Positions 19,126-28,951 of a stretch of 47,708 nucleotides of DNA are shown in pieces; the first letter of the stretch is position 1, and each line of letters starts with the position of its first letter. The notes below the pieces were generated by a model. The model searched no databases, was not told the DNA's origin, and worked only from the letters and a program-made list of their open reading frames with translations. The stretch covers positions 1 through 47,708 of the forward strand of contig JBBRSP010000040.1 of the NCBI GenBank assembly GCA_038245295.1. Reading direction: 5' to 3'. A program made the translations under genes and the position numbers. This DNA comes from Candidatus Binatia bacterium (GTDB lineage Bacteria; Desulfobacterota; Binatia; HRBIN30).

Positions 19126-20883
19126 ATGTCGGGACGCATCCCTGACGACATCCTCCAGATCATCCGTGATCGCATCAATATCGTCGACCTGGTTTCGAAC
19201 TACGTCAGCCTGAAGAAGGCGGGCCGCAATCATCTGGGCCTCTGCCCGTTCCATGCCGAGAAGACGCCATCCTTTACGGTCAATCCGGAACGCGGCTTCT
19301 TTCACTGCTTTGGCTGCGGTGCAGGGGGCAGCATCTTTACGTTCTTGATGCGTTTGGACAACCTCTCCTTCCCGGAGGCAATCGCGGTTCTGGCGGCGAA
19401 GGCGGGTGTGTCCCTGCCGAAGTCGGAACCGGCAAGTCCGGCGGATCGCGAACGCCGGGTTCTCCTGCGGCTCAACGAAGTGACGCAGGAATTCTTGCGC
19501 GCGTCCCTGCAGGCGCCAGGCGCTGCCGGGGCGCGGGAATACCTCAGTCGCCGCGGGTTGTCGGCTGCGACCATCGACCAATATGGGATCGGGTATTGTG
19601 ATCCCAACGCCGGCGGGCTCGTACGCTTCCTCGGTGCACGCAATGCGCCGCTGGCGAAGGCGGCGCAGTTGGGATTGATCGGTCGTCGCGACGATGGATC
19701 GTACTACGACCGATTCCGTGGGCGGGTCATGTTTCCCATCCGCGATGTTGCTGGCCACATCGTCGGCTTTGGCGGTCGCACTCTTGGCACGGAACCGCCC
19801 AAATATCTCAACTCTCCAGAGTCAGCGCTCTTCCATAAGGGTGATGTGTTGTACGGACTTTACGAAGCGCGGCAGACCATCCGTCAGGCGGATCGTATCG
19901 TGCTCGTCGAAGGGTACATGGACGCATTGGCGCTGGTGGAGGCGGGGATAGGCAATGCGGTAGCTTCGCTGGGAACGGCGCTGACGACACGCCAGCTGCG
20001 ATTGGCGCGTCGCTTCGCTACCGATGTGGTGGCGTTTTTTGATGGTGACCGAGCCGGTATGGACGCGGCAGCCCGCGCGTTCTCTGTCTGTGCTGAGGCC
20101 GGTATCTGGGGCTTCGGGGCTTTTCTTCCCGAGGGTTATGATCCTGATACCTATGTTCGGACCTACGGCCTCGCCGCAACCCAAACCCTTCTTGGGCAAC
20201 CCATTTCGCTGGCCGAGTTCTTTGTTCAACGCAATAACCCAGGACCGCAAGCGACGGTGCCCGAGCGTGTGCGTGCGGCGGAGCGAATTGCCCAGGTCCT
20301 CTCCCTGGTGAAAGATCCAACACAGTTCAACATGCTGGTGCGTCAGGCTGCACAACAACTTGGTGTGGGTGAAGATGTGTTTCGCACGCAGCGCGCCGCA
20401 ACGCCTGGAAGGACGAGCGCCCCGGCGGTTTCGGACCCGGCCGCGCCGGAGCCGCGGCTACGCCCCGAGGAGATCCTCTTGTTGCAGGCAGTTGCGACGA
20501 CGTCTGAAGTCGCGAATTTGATTGATCGGGAAGGTGTGGCTGCCAGCCTGTCACACCCGGACCTGGTCTCGGCAGCGACGCAGCTGGTATCCGCCTGGAA
20601 GAATGCCGACAGCATCGGAGCTGTTGTGGATGGTCTGCCCACTTACCTCCAACAGCGCCTCTCGGCTGTCATGGTGGGTGGTGGCGGTGAGGTTGGCCCG
20701 GATCCCTTGGAGACCGCTCGCCAGTGTATCCGCAAAATCGAAGCACGATTGCAACTCGGTCGCGTGCGCGAGCTGCGCGAGATGATTGAGCGAGCCGAGG
20801 CGCGCGGTGACGAAGAGGCCTCACGCACTGCGCAGCGCCAATTTCAAGCTGTGATGCAGCGGCGGTCCGACGCTGGCTCTTGA
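19126..20883 (+). CDS. dnaG: DNA primase
   Basis: ATG at 19126 (MSGRIP); CHC2 Zn finger GLCPFHAEKTPSF...FHCFGCG; DRFRGRVMFPI; KYLNSPES; VEGYMD TOPRIM; DPD. Confidence 0.97.
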   Translation: MSGRIPDDILQIIRDRINIVDLVSNYVSLKKAGRNHLGLCPFHAEKTPSFTVNPERGFFHCFGCGAGGSIFTFLMRLDNLSFPEAIAVLAAKAGVSLPKSEPASPADRERRVLLRLNEVTQEFLRASLQAPGAAGAREYLSRRGLSAATIDQYGIGYCDPNAGGLVRFLGARNAPLAKAAQLGLIGRRDDGSYYDRFRGRVMFPIRDVAGHIVGFGGRTLGTEPPKYLNSPESALFHKGDVLYGLYEARQTIRQADRIVLVEGYMDALALVEAGIGNAVASLGTALTTRQLRLARRFATDVVAFFDGDRAGMDAAARAFSVCAEAGIWGFGAFLPEGYDPDTYVRTYGLAATQTLLGQPISLAEFFVQRNNPGPQATVPERVRAAERIAQVLSLVKDPTQFNMLVRQAAQQLGVGEDVFRTQRAATPGRTSAPAVSDPAAPEPRLRPEEILLLQAVATTSEVANLIDREGVAASLSHPDLVSAATQLVSAWKNADSIGAVVDGLPTYLQQRLSAVMVGGGGEVGPDPLETARQCIRKIEARLQLGRVRELREMIERAEARGDEEASRTAQRQFQAVMQRRSDAGS

Positions 20884-20929
20884 TTTCGACATACGATGCT
20901 GCCATCAGCACCGATGCACGGTCGCGCGC

Positions 20930-21004
20930 GGGCCCATAGCTCAGACTGGTCAGAGCCGCCGGCTCATAACCGGTAGGTCCCAGGTTCGAATCCTGGTGGG
21001 CCCA
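20930..21004 (+). tRNA. tRNA with CAT anticodon, most likely tRNA-Ile2 (lysidine); CCA not encoded
   Basis: GGGCCCA/TGGGCCC acceptor stem, D arm AGCTCAG..GGTCAGAGC, anticodon arm CCGG-CTCATAA-CCGG, T arm CCAGG-TTCGAAT-CCTGG. No C1-A72 mismatch, so not an initiator tRNA. Confidence 0.92.
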
Positions 21005-21029
21005 CTCCCGGGCCAGCCGACGGAGGAAG

Positions 21030-21752
21030 TTGATTTTGGAGAGTGACAACTCAATCGATCGTTTAGCGGCGCTTCAAGAAGTTGATCGCCAGCTTCGGGA
21101 CAAAGCCCTCGAGATCGAACGCCTGGAGCAAGAAGTCGCTCTCTGCGAGGCGGATGTGAAGCAGCAGCGCGAGGCCCCCGAGGCCTTACGCGCCGAAAAG
21201 GATGGCCTCGAAACTCACCGTCGCGATCTCGAAGCGGCCTTGGAGGACGAGGAACAGAAGATGACCGACCGGCGCATGCGTTTAAATCGCGTGCGCAACG
21301 AGAAAGAGCTGCAGGCGCTACGGCGCGAGATCGAGCTTGGCAAGGAAGCTAATCAGCAACGCGAAGAAGAGATTCTGCGGGTCATGGAAGCTCTCGAAGC
21401 CTTGCAGCTGAAGAGCTCCGATGCTGACCAGGCCCATGATGAGTCACAAGCGAAATCCATCGAACGACTAGAGGGCCATCGAGCCCGAATCTCGATGCTC
21501 AAGATCGAGCTCGAAACCGCTCGCGGCGCGCGTGGCGGGATGGTCGACGGACTAAGTCCATCGATCCTACGTCGCTACGAACAGATTTTTGAACGACGCG
21601 GCGGAATCGCGGTGGTCGAAGTGCGCAACGGCACGTGCCTGGGCTGCTTCATGAACCTACCGCCGCAGTTCTACAATGAATTGCAGCGCGCCCGCGATAT
21701 TCGCGGCTGCCCGAACTGCCACCGATTACTCGTGTGGCGCGCCACCGCCTAG
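21030..21752 (+). CDS. Coiled-coil protein with C4-type zinc ribbon (DUF164/HP0958-like)
   Basis: Long heptad-rich helix, NEKELQAL..EIE, then YEQI...GGIAVVEV.NGTCLGC...CPNCHRLL. Confidence 0.88.
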   Translation: MILESDNSIDRLAALQEVDRQLRDKALEIERLEQEVALCEADVKQQREAPEALRAEKDGLETHRRDLEAALEDEEQKMTDRRMRLNRVRNEKELQALRREIELGKEANQQREEEILRVMEALEALQLKSSDADQAHDESQAKSIERLEGHRARISMLKIELETARGARGGMVDGLSPSILRRYEQIFERRGGIAVVEVRNGTCLGCFMNLPPQFYNELQRARDIRGCPNCHRLLVWRATA

Positions 21753-21790
21753 TAACACCTCGCCCTGCGCGCTAAACGCCCACTCGGCCG

Positions 21791-22149
21791 AAGGAGGCTG
21801 AGCGGTCGCTCGACGTAAAGTCGGGAGGAAAGTCCGGACTCCACAGGGCAGGGTGGCCGTTAACGGCGGCCCCGAGTAATCGGGGGAAAGTGCCACAGAG
21901 AAGAGACGGCCCGTCCGGTTCACGCCGGAGAGGAGTCGGTGAAAACGACGGCTGGAGAAATCCTGACGTCAGCGCCCGCGGAGACGCGAGCGTTCGGTAA
22001 ACCCCACCCGGAGCAAGACCGAAGAGAGGGAAGCGTGGCCCGCGCCCCTCGGGTGTGTCGCTTGAGGCAGTTGGCAACAACTGTCCCAGAGGAATGATCG
22101 CATCCTTGCCGCAAGGCAAGGTGACAGAATCCGGCTTATAGGCCTCCTT
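21791..22149 (+). ncRNA. rnpB: RNase P RNA (bacterial, probably type A)
   Basis: GAGGAAAGTCCGGACTCC, GGAAAGTGCCACAGA, GGTAAACCCCACCCGGAGCAAG, ACAGAATCCGGCTTA; P1 pairing AAGGAGGC/GCCTCCTT. Confidence 0.97.
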
Positions 22150-22272
22150 CGGCCAACCCCAATACAACGGCTCCACCCCAGATCTGCGCCATCGCAAGGC
22201 GAAAGCCGCGAGCTTGCCAGTCCATCGAGATCGGGCCCGCACCAGCTCGTCTGCAACTTTCGATCATTTTGA

Positions 22273-22301
22273 TTGACAGCATTGGCACACCTCCATATAA
22301 G
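22273..22301 (+). promoter_or_regulatory. Sigma70-type dcw (mra) promoter
   Basis: TTGACA (22273-22278) - 17 nt - TATAAG (22296-22301). Confidence 0.78.
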
Positions 22302-22307
22302 GCGCGG

Positions 22308-22351
22308 GTGGGTGATTGTGGGATGAGGTGGGGAATTCTGGAGAAATAGGG
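22308..22351 (+). promoter_or_regulatory. MraZ-binding repeats (GTGG boxes at 10-bp period)
   Basis: GTGGG at 22308, 22318 and 22328, degenerate CTGG at 22338 and AGGG at 22348, between the promoter and the mraZ start. Confidence 0.8.
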
Positions 22352-22364
22352 GTTTTGGGCGGAA

Positions 22365-22817
22365 ATGTTTCGTGGCACGTTCGAACATACGATCGACGAG
22401 AAGGGGCGCGTCAGCGTACCCGTCAAGTTTCGAGAAGTGCTGCAGAATCAGACCGACCCGCGGATCGTCCTCACAAACTTCAAGCGTGGCATGGCGCGAT
22501 GTCTCGACGTCTACCCGTTCGCCGAGTGGGAAAAGTTGGAAGCCCAGCTCGTCGACCGGGCTCAATTCGACATCCCCATGCAGGACTTCGTCGACTACTA
22601 CCTGGCAGCCGCCCAGGTCTGCGAACTGGACAAACCGGGCCGTATTCTGCTGCCGCCGAATCTGCGCGACTACGCTCTCCTGAAGAAGGAAGCGGTCTTT
22701 ACCTCGGCGTTGAAGAAGTTTCGTATCTGGGACCCGGCGCAATGGCAGATCGTCTTCGAGTCGGCGGAACGGGCAATTGCCGAGCGGCCGCAATCACTGG
22801 CCGACTTGAGGATTTGA
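22365..22817 (+). CDS. mraZ: Division/cell wall cluster transcriptional repressor MraZ
   Basis: MFRGTFEHTIDEKGRVSVP..FR and a second repeat ELDKPGRILLP..LR. Confidence 0.96.
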   Translation: MFRGTFEHTIDEKGRVSVPVKFREVLQNQTDPRIVLTNFKRGMARCLDVYPFAEWEKLEAQLVDRAQFDIPMQDFVDYYLAAAQVCELDKPGRILLPPNLRDYALLKKEAVFTSALKKFRIWDPAQWQIVFESAERAIAERPQSLADLRI

Positions 22818-22820
22818 TCG

Positions 22821-23204
22821 ATGCTGCCAGCTAGCCAAAGAACCGGCGCGTCCTCGATCTCGTCCCCCGCGTGGGCGCCAAGCGCAGACCCCTCGATGCA
22901 GCGCCGAAGCGGCATGGCGTCGGCCAATGCCGTCGAACGTCGCGCCTTGATGGGCTGGTTGGCCCTCGCCGCCGTGGTCGCCGTGACGATCGGGATTGCC
23001 TACGTTTGGGTGCGCTTACAGGTTTCGGACACCGGCTATCGCCTTGAAGCGCTGCACGACGTCATTGAACGTCTCGAGCAAGAGCATAACGACCTGACGG
23101 CGCGCGCGTCGACGCTCGACTCAGGAACCCGCATCGAAGCCGAAGCGATCAAACGCTTGGGAATGACGCGCGCGGCACGCGGCCAGGATTTGGTGTTGCC
23201 ATGA
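22821..23204 (+). CDS. ftsL: Cell division protein FtsL (start uncertain)
   Basis: Single TM segment, coiled coil, RIE..A..RLGM; overlaps the ftsI start. Confidence 0.8.
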   Translation: MLPASQRTGASSISSPAWAPSADPSMQRRSGMASANAVERRALMGWLALAAVVAVTIGIAYVWVRLQVSDTGYRLEALHDVIERLEQEHNDLTARASTLDSGTRIEAEAIKRLGMTRAARGQDLVLP

Positions 23205-25114
23205 AGAAGTCGGGGCTCCAGCGGCGCATCGCCACCACGGCTTCGATCTTCCTGGCGCTCTTCGTCGTCGCGTTGATCCGAACCTTTCATCTGTGTGTTG
23301 TGCAGAGCCCGGAACTGCGGGCAAAGGCGACCAAGCAACACGCTCGCCGCGTTTCGGCTCCCACCGAACGTGGCGCGATCGTGGATCGCCATGGCGAATT
23401 GTTGGCTATGACGGTGGGCTCCGCCTCCATCTACATGCGACCGCATCGGTTCGATGTGCAGTCTACCGGCTACGTCGCCAAGGTCATGGGGATGCCAGCC
23501 GCCGAAGTTTCGGCCGCGGCAGCCAAGAGTAGCAAGTTCGTTTGGCTGCGGCGCGCTGTGACACCCGAGCAGGCCGATGCGTTGGCCGATGTTCCCGGAA
23601 TTGGTTTCGAGGCGAGCCGCCGCCGGATCTATCCACGCGGCACGCTGGCTGGACAAGTGATTGGACTCTCAGACGTCGACCTCCGCGGTCACTGGGGGGT
23701 CGAGGAATCGCAGGACCGTTTCCTGCGTGGGGTGGCGGAGCCTGTGAGCGTCGAATGCGACGCGCGTGGCAGAGGAATGATGAGGGAGGGTGCTCCGCCG
23801 CCCCTGTCCCAACCCGGCGCTCGAGTCGAGCTGACGTTGGATTCAACGCTGCAGCAAGTCGTCGAGACCGAGTTGGAAACCGCCGTGACGAGCAACAAGG
23901 CCGAAGCCGGGACCGCCGTGGTCATGGACCCCAACACAGGCGAGATCCTGGCGTTGGCAAACTACCCGACCTTCGATCCAGGCGCCCGTGGCGGTTCGCT
24001 CAACCAACTCGCTCGCAACCGGGCCATCTCCGATTTCTACGAGCCGGGCTCCACGTTCAAGGCAATCGTTGCCGCCGCCGCGCTCGAGGCGGGCGTGGTT
24101 CGCCCCGACGAAAAACTCTACTGCGAAGGCGGTAGCTATACCGTCGGCAAGCGCGTTGTGCACGACCATGAGAGTTACGGCTGGCTGACGTTTGCCGACG
24201 TCATCAAACATTCGAGCAACATCTGCACGGCCAAGGTCGGCGAACGGCTGGGGCCGCAACGTCTCGGCCCGGCCATCGCCGAATTCGGATTTGGTCGTCC
24301 CACCGGACTCGGCCTTCCGGGAGAAAGCCGCGGCCTTGTGCGGCCGTGGCAGAACTGGGCGCGCATCCATACGGTCACGACGAGCTTTGGCCAAGGAATC
24401 TCGGTTACTCCCATTCAGTTGATCCGCGGCTTCTCTGTGCTGGCCAATGGCGGTCGGCTCATGCGTCCCTATCTTGTGCGGCGCGTCACTGCAGCCGACG
24501 GGACCGTGCTGGTCGATAACCAGCCGGTTGTCGAAGGGCGGCCGATCTCGGCGGAAACGGCACGCACCGTTACCCAAATGCTACTCGGCGTCGTCGAGGC
24601 GGGCACCGGAACCAAAGCCCAGGTCGAGGGCATCTCGGTCGCCGGCAAGACTGGCACGGCTCAGAAAGTCGTGAACGGCAAGTACTCGGCGCGTGATCGA
24701 ATGTCTTCGTTCATCGGCTATCTGCCGGCAGAGGCGCCACGCTTCGTCATCTTGGTGGTCATCGATACGCCGCGCAGTGCCACCTACGGCGGCCTGGTTG
24801 CGGCGCCTGCTTTCCGGAAAATTGCCGAGTTCGGCGTCGATCGACTCGGCCTGCGCGAAGCCCGTCCTCAGATCCAGCCGGTTGAGCCCGCGCCGCAGGT
24901 TCAGCTCGCAGGCTGGACGGTCCCCGACGCACGGCCGGGAATGCCGAGTTTCCTCGGCCTCAGCATGCGCGAAGCTCTCAAGGAAGCCCAGCGCGCCGGC
25001 TGGGTGGTCAAGACGGATGGCTCCGGCGTTGTCGTCGAGCAAGATCCCCCCGTCGGAGCGGTTGGCGCCGACGGGCGCACCCTCAAACTGCGTCTAGCTA
25101 CGGCTGCGGGCTGA
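23201..25114 (+). CDS. ftsI: Peptidoglycan D,D-transpeptidase FtsI/PBP3 with C-terminal PASTA domain
   Basis: RGAIVDR, RRIYPRG, EPGSTFK (SxxK), HSSN (SxN), AGKTGTAQ (KTG); MPSFLGLSMREA PASTA. Confidence 0.95.
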   Translation: MKKSGLQRRIATTASIFLALFVVALIRTFHLCVVQSPELRAKATKQHARRVSAPTERGAIVDRHGELLAMTVGSASIYMRPHRFDVQSTGYVAKVMGMPAAEVSAAAAKSSKFVWLRRAVTPEQADALADVPGIGFEASRRRIYPRGTLAGQVIGLSDVDLRGHWGVEESQDRFLRGVAEPVSVECDARGRGMMREGAPPPLSQPGARVELTLDSTLQQVVETELETAVTSNKAEAGTAVVMDPNTGEILALANYPTFDPGARGGSLNQLARNRAISDFYEPGSTFKAIVAAAALEAGVVRPDEKLYCEGGSYTVGKRVVHDHESYGWLTFADVIKHSSNICTAKVGERLGPQRLGPAIAEFGFGRPTGLGLPGESRGLVRPWQNWARIHTVTTSFGQGISVTPIQLIRGFSVLANGGRLMRPYLVRRVTAADGTVLVDNQPVVEGRPISAETARTVTQMLLGVVEAGTGTKAQVEGISVAGKTGTAQKVVNGKYSARDRMSSFIGYLPAEAPRFVILVVIDTPRSATYGGLVAAPAFRKIAEFGVDRLGLREARPQIQPVEPAPQVQLAGWTVPDARPGMPSFLGLSMREALKEAQRAGWVVKTDGSGVVVEQDPPVGAVGADGRTLKLRLATAAG

Positions 25115-25116
25115 AT

Positions 25117-26541
25117 ATGCCTGCTGCCGCGAGAGCGTTGTGGTTGGAGCCGATGGCAATGACGTGGACAGTCGAAGATGTGATCGACGCGACTGGTGGT
25201 CAAACGGTCATGCCCTTGGCGACCCGTCTCTCGGCCGTCTGTACCGACACCCGCAACATCCTTCCCAGCTCTCTTTTCGTTGCTTTGCATGGCGACACGC
25301 ATGATGGTCACCGGTTCGTCGGTGCCGCCCTGGACCAGGGAGCCCTTGTTGCCTTGGTAGATGCCGACACCAAGGAGTCACGCACCATCCGCGTCCGCGA
25401 TACCCTGCGTGCCCTCGGCGATCTTGCGGCGTGGGCCCGTCGGCGGATGGATGCCCGCGTCGTCGGCCTTACGGGTAGCGCCGGAAAGACGACCACCAAG
25501 GAGTTGATCGCCTCGGTCTGCGCGCAAGCCGACGGTGTGGGGTCGCAGCGCGTCCATAAGACCGAGGGCAACTTCAATAACCTCATCGGTCTGCCTCTGA
25601 CCGTCTTGCAAGCGCGCGGCGACGAAGCCGTCCTCGTCCTTGAGATGGGGATGAATCGCCCGGGTGAAATTGCCCGCCTGACGGAAATCGCTGATCCCGA
25701 CTTTGCCTTGATCACCAATGTCGGGCTGGCTCACCTCGAAGGTGTAGGCGGCACGATCGCCGGTGTGGCTGCGGCCAAAGGTGAGCTGTTCGTCGGCGTC
25801 CGCGCTGACACGACCCTTCTGGTGAATTTGGATGATCCGTGGGTTCGCCGGTTGGCCGAAGGCTTTGCCGGCCGGTCGATCGGCTACGGCGACGGCGGCA
25901 TCGTGCAGGCGCATGGCGTTGCCGATCGCGGCATCGACGGACTGAGTTTTGACCTCTGGATTGATGGAGAAGTTCTGCGCGTCCACTCGCCTCTGGTGGG
26001 CGCGCACAACGTGACCAACGCGCTCGCAGCGGCGGCGGTTGGGCACGCGATGGGAATTCGCATTGGGGCAATTGGTCGCGGTATCGAACAGGTGGCGGGT
26101 GTGTTGATGCGGATGCAGGTTCTGCGCCTGAAGAATGGCGTGACCGTGATCAACGATGCCTACAATGCGAATCCGTCCAGCGTGGAAGCCGCTCTGCAGA
26201 CACTTCGGCAGTGTCCAGGGCGGGCGGTGGTGGTGTTTGGGGAAATGAAGGAGCTGGGCGTAGAGAGCGAGCGCGCTCACCGCATCGTCGGTGAGCGCGC
26301 CGCCGCTCTCGGAATCCATCGATTGCTGTTGCTCGGCGAGGCGACACGCGCGACTGCAGCCGCAGCGTGCGCTGCCGGCATGACGCCGGCGCAGGTTTAC
26401 CAAGGCGTCGATCACGCCGACGTCGCCGCTGAATTGATGCGCCATTGGCGGGCCTCCGATACATTCCTGGTCAAAGGCTCGCACAGCATGCACATGGAAG
26501 AGGTCGTACGCCTCCTCGAAGCGGCCGGGAACCAGACCTGA
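25117..26541 (+). CDS. murF: UDP-MurNAc-tripeptide--D-Ala-D-Ala ligase
   Basis: [52 protein letters not shown]; start may be ~25153-25159. Confidence 0.94.
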   Translation: MPAAARALWLEPMAMTWTVEDVIDATGGQTVMPLATRLSAVCTDTRNILPSSLFVALHGDTHDGHRFVGAALDQGALVALVDADTKESRTIRVRDTLRALGDLAAWARRRMDARVVGLTGSAGKTTTKELIASVCAQADGVGSQRVHKTEGNFNNLIGLPLTVLQARGDEAVLVLEMGMNRPGEIARLTEIADPDFALITNVGLAHLEGVGGTIAGVAAAKGELFVGVRADTTLLVNLDDPWVRRLAEGFAGRSIGYGDGGIVQAHGVADRGIDGLSFDLWIDGEVLRVHSPLVGAHNVTNALAAAAVGHAMGIRIGAIGRGIEQVAGVLMRMQVLRLKNGVTVINDAYNANPSSVEAALQTLRQCPGRAVVVFGEMKELGVESERAHRIVGERAAALGIHRLLLLGEATRATAAAACAAGMTPAQVYQGVDHADVAAELMRHWRASDTFLVKGSHSMHMEEVVRLLEAAGNQT

Positions 26542-27617
26542 TGCTCTACCATCTCCTTTACCCGCTGCACTCGAGTCACCCGGCGTTCAACGTCTTCCGG
26601 TACATCACTTTCCGCGGTCTTCTGGCGGCGCTCACGGCATTGAGCTTGTCTCTCCTCCTCGGGCCGCGGTTCATCCGCAGCTTGGCGGCGCGGCAAATTG
26701 GTCAGACCATTCGTCCGGATGGGCCGCAGAGCCACTTTTCCAAGGCTGGAACGCCGACGATGGGCGGTACGCTCATCCTGTTCTCGCTGGTCATGGCCAC
26801 CCTCCTGCTGGCTGAATTGACGAACTTCTACGTCTGGCTCACTGTCCTGGTTACGGTGGCGTTCGGGGTAATCGGCTTCGTCGACGACTACAGCAAGATC
26901 CAGCGCGGCAACGCGCGCGGCCTTACCGGTCGAGAGAAGTTAGCGGCGCAGGTCGCCGTCGCCCTGGTCGCGGCGTGGGCCCTCTTCGGAGCGCACGGCT
27001 TTAGCACTGAGCTCTATTTCCCTTTCTTTAAAGGACTACGGCTCGATCTCGGTTGGTGGTACATTCCGTTTGCGGCCTTCTTGGTCGTCGGTGCTTCCAA
27101 CGCCGTCAACCTCACCGATGGTCTCGATGGTCTGGCAATTGGCCCTGTGATGACCACATCCTTCACATACGCGGTGTTTGCCTACCTCGCCGGCAGTGAA
27201 CGCTTGGCCGACTATCTACAGATTCCGTACGTGTCCGGCGCCGCCGAATTGGCAATCTTTTGTGCCGCCCTCGTATGCGCCGGGCTCGGGTTCCTTTGGT
27301 TCAACGCCTATCCCGCGAAGATGTTCATGGGCGATGTCGGTTCGCTGCCCTTGGGCGCGGCACTTGCCATGGTCGCTCTGGTCACAAAACAAGAGCTTGT
27401 CCTCGGTGTAGCCGGCGCCGTCTTCGTCGTCGAAGCTCTCTCCGTCATCTTCCAGGTCGCGTCGTTCAAGCTGCGCCGCAAGCGCATCTTCCGCATGGCA
27501 CCGATTCACCACCACTTCGAAATGCAGGGGTGGCCGGAGCCGCAGATCATCGTTCGTTTCTGGATCGTTTCGGTGATCTGCGCCTTGCTGGCGCTCAGCA
27601 CGTTGAAACTGCGATGA
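26541..27617 (+). CDS. mraY: Phospho-N-acetylmuramoyl-pentapeptide transferase
   Basis: ATG at 26541; [44 protein letters not shown]. Confidence 0.97.
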   Translation: MLYHLLYPLHSSHPAFNVFRYITFRGLLAALTALSLSLLLGPRFIRSLAARQIGQTIRPDGPQSHFSKAGTPTMGGTLILFSLVMATLLLAELTNFYVWLTVLVTVAFGVIGFVDDYSKIQRGNARGLTGREKLAAQVAVALVAAWALFGAHGFSTELYFPFFKGLRLDLGWWYIPFAAFLVVGASNAVNLTDGLDGLAIGPVMTTSFTYAVFAYLAGSERLADYLQIPYVSGAAELAIFCAALVCAGLGFLWFNAYPAKMFMGDVGSLPLGAALAMVALVTKQELVLGVAGAVFVVEALSVIFQVASFKLRRKRIFRMAPIHHHFEMQGWPEPQIIVRFWIVSVICALLALSTLKLR

Positions 27618-28951
27618 CACGCAAGGTCACGGGTGGATCCTACCTGGTCATCGGGGCGGCCCGAACCGGTACCAGCGTGGCCAAGTTTCTGGCCGCGCAC
27701 GGCGCGCAAGTTCGCGTTGCCGAGAAGAACCCCGCGGTATTGGTGAATCACACCTTGCCCGCCGGCGTGGAGTTCGTGAGTACCGACGACGCCGAAGCGC
27801 TACTCGATGGAATCGATGTTGTCGTGCCGAGCCCCGGAGTAGCGCGTACCCATCCAACGCTGCTTCGTGCCGTCGAGCGCGGTATCGCGATCATCTCGGA
27901 AATCGAATTGGCGGCTCACTACCTGACCTGCCCGATCCTCGCGGTCACGGGTACCAACGGAAAAAGCACGACGACGACACTCCTCGGCAACATGCTCCAA
28001 GAAGCCAGCCGCCGGGTGTTCATCGGCGGTAACCTTGGCACGCCGCTGATCGAGGCGTGCATGGCGACCCCACCCTTCGACGCGGCGGTTGTCGAAGTCT
28101 CGAGCTTTCAGTTGGAGTGGGTCGAGGACTTCCGCCCCCAAATCGCGGTGTTGCTCAATCTCACACCGGATCACGCTGACCGTCATGGGTCGCTCGCCGA
28201 GTATGGACAGGCGAAGGCACGCCTCTTCGCTGCCCAGCGTGACGACGACATCGCCATTCTGAATCGCGACGATCCGTGGGTCTGGGAGCTGCGGCACTCT
28301 ATCGTGGCAACGACGATTTCCTTCGGCACCGACGCGGTCGAGTTCGGCACCTACATCGAGGGCGACGAAATCGTCTGCTGGGGGGCAGGGCCAAAACCGC
28401 AACGTCTCTCCCTGCGCAACGTGCAACTGCATGGAGCTCACAATCGCGAGAACATGATGGCCGCGGCGACGGCCGCCGCTGCCTTTGGGATTTCCGAGGA
28501 CGCCATCCAACGCGGCCTCGATCGGACCAAGAATCTGCCGCATCGTTTGTCTCTGGTGCGGGAGTGGCACGGTGTGCGCTTCTTCAACGATTCGAAAGGC
28601 ACAAACATCGGTGCGATGGAGAAGTCGATCCAAAGCTTCGATCACGGCGTCGTGCTTCTCGCGGGTGGTCAGGACAAGGGGAGCGACTTTCGGCCTCTTG
28701 CGGCTCTTCTGAAGCAACGCGCCAGACACGTCGTGTTCTTCGGTACCGCCGGCCCGAAGATGCAAGAACAGTTGGGCGCCGCCGTACCCCACAGCCTCGC
28801 ATCCAACCTCCGAGCGGCAGTACAACGAGCCGCCGAAGTCGCGACCATCGGGGATGTCGTCTTGCTGTCTCCGGGCTGCGCCAGCTTCGACGAATTCAAG
28901 AACTACGTCGAACGCGGTGAGCGTTTTCGCGAATACGTGGAGGGGTTATGA
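27614..28951 (+). CDS. murD: UDP-MurNAc-L-Ala--D-Glu ligase
   Basis: ATG at 27614; [50 protein letters not shown]. Confidence 0.96.
   Translation: MTRKVTGGSYLVIGAARTGTSVAKFLAAHGAQVRVAEKNPAVLVNHTLPAGVEFVSTDDAEALLDGIDVVVPSPGVARTHPTLLRAVERGIAIISEIELAAHYLTCPILAVTGTNGKSTTTTLLGNMLQEASRRVFIGGNLGTPLIEACMATPPFDAAVVEVSSFQLEWVEDFRPQIAVLLNLTPDHADRHGSLAEYGQAKARLFAAQRDDDIAILNRDDPWVWELRHSIVATTISFGTDAVEFGTYIEGDEIVCWGAGPKPQRLSLRNVQLHGAHNRENMMAAATAAAAFGISEDAIQRGLDRTKNLPHRLSLVREWHGVRFFNDSKGTNIGAMEKSIQSFDHGVVLLAGGQDKGSDFRPLAALLKQRARHVVFFGTAGPKMQEQLGAAVPHSLASNLRAAVQRAAEVATIGDVVLLSPGCASFDEFKNYVERGERFREYVEGL

Noticed and set aside
20930..21030. tRNA as an integration site
   Set aside because: No integrase nearby and no duplicated tRNA 3' end seen in the window; downstream genes are core
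27260..27613. N-terminal extension of MurD (likewise the extended starts given for mraY, murC, ftsQ and ftsZ)
   Set aside because: They overlap upstream genes; downstream ATGs with stop/start coupling or an RBS fit better
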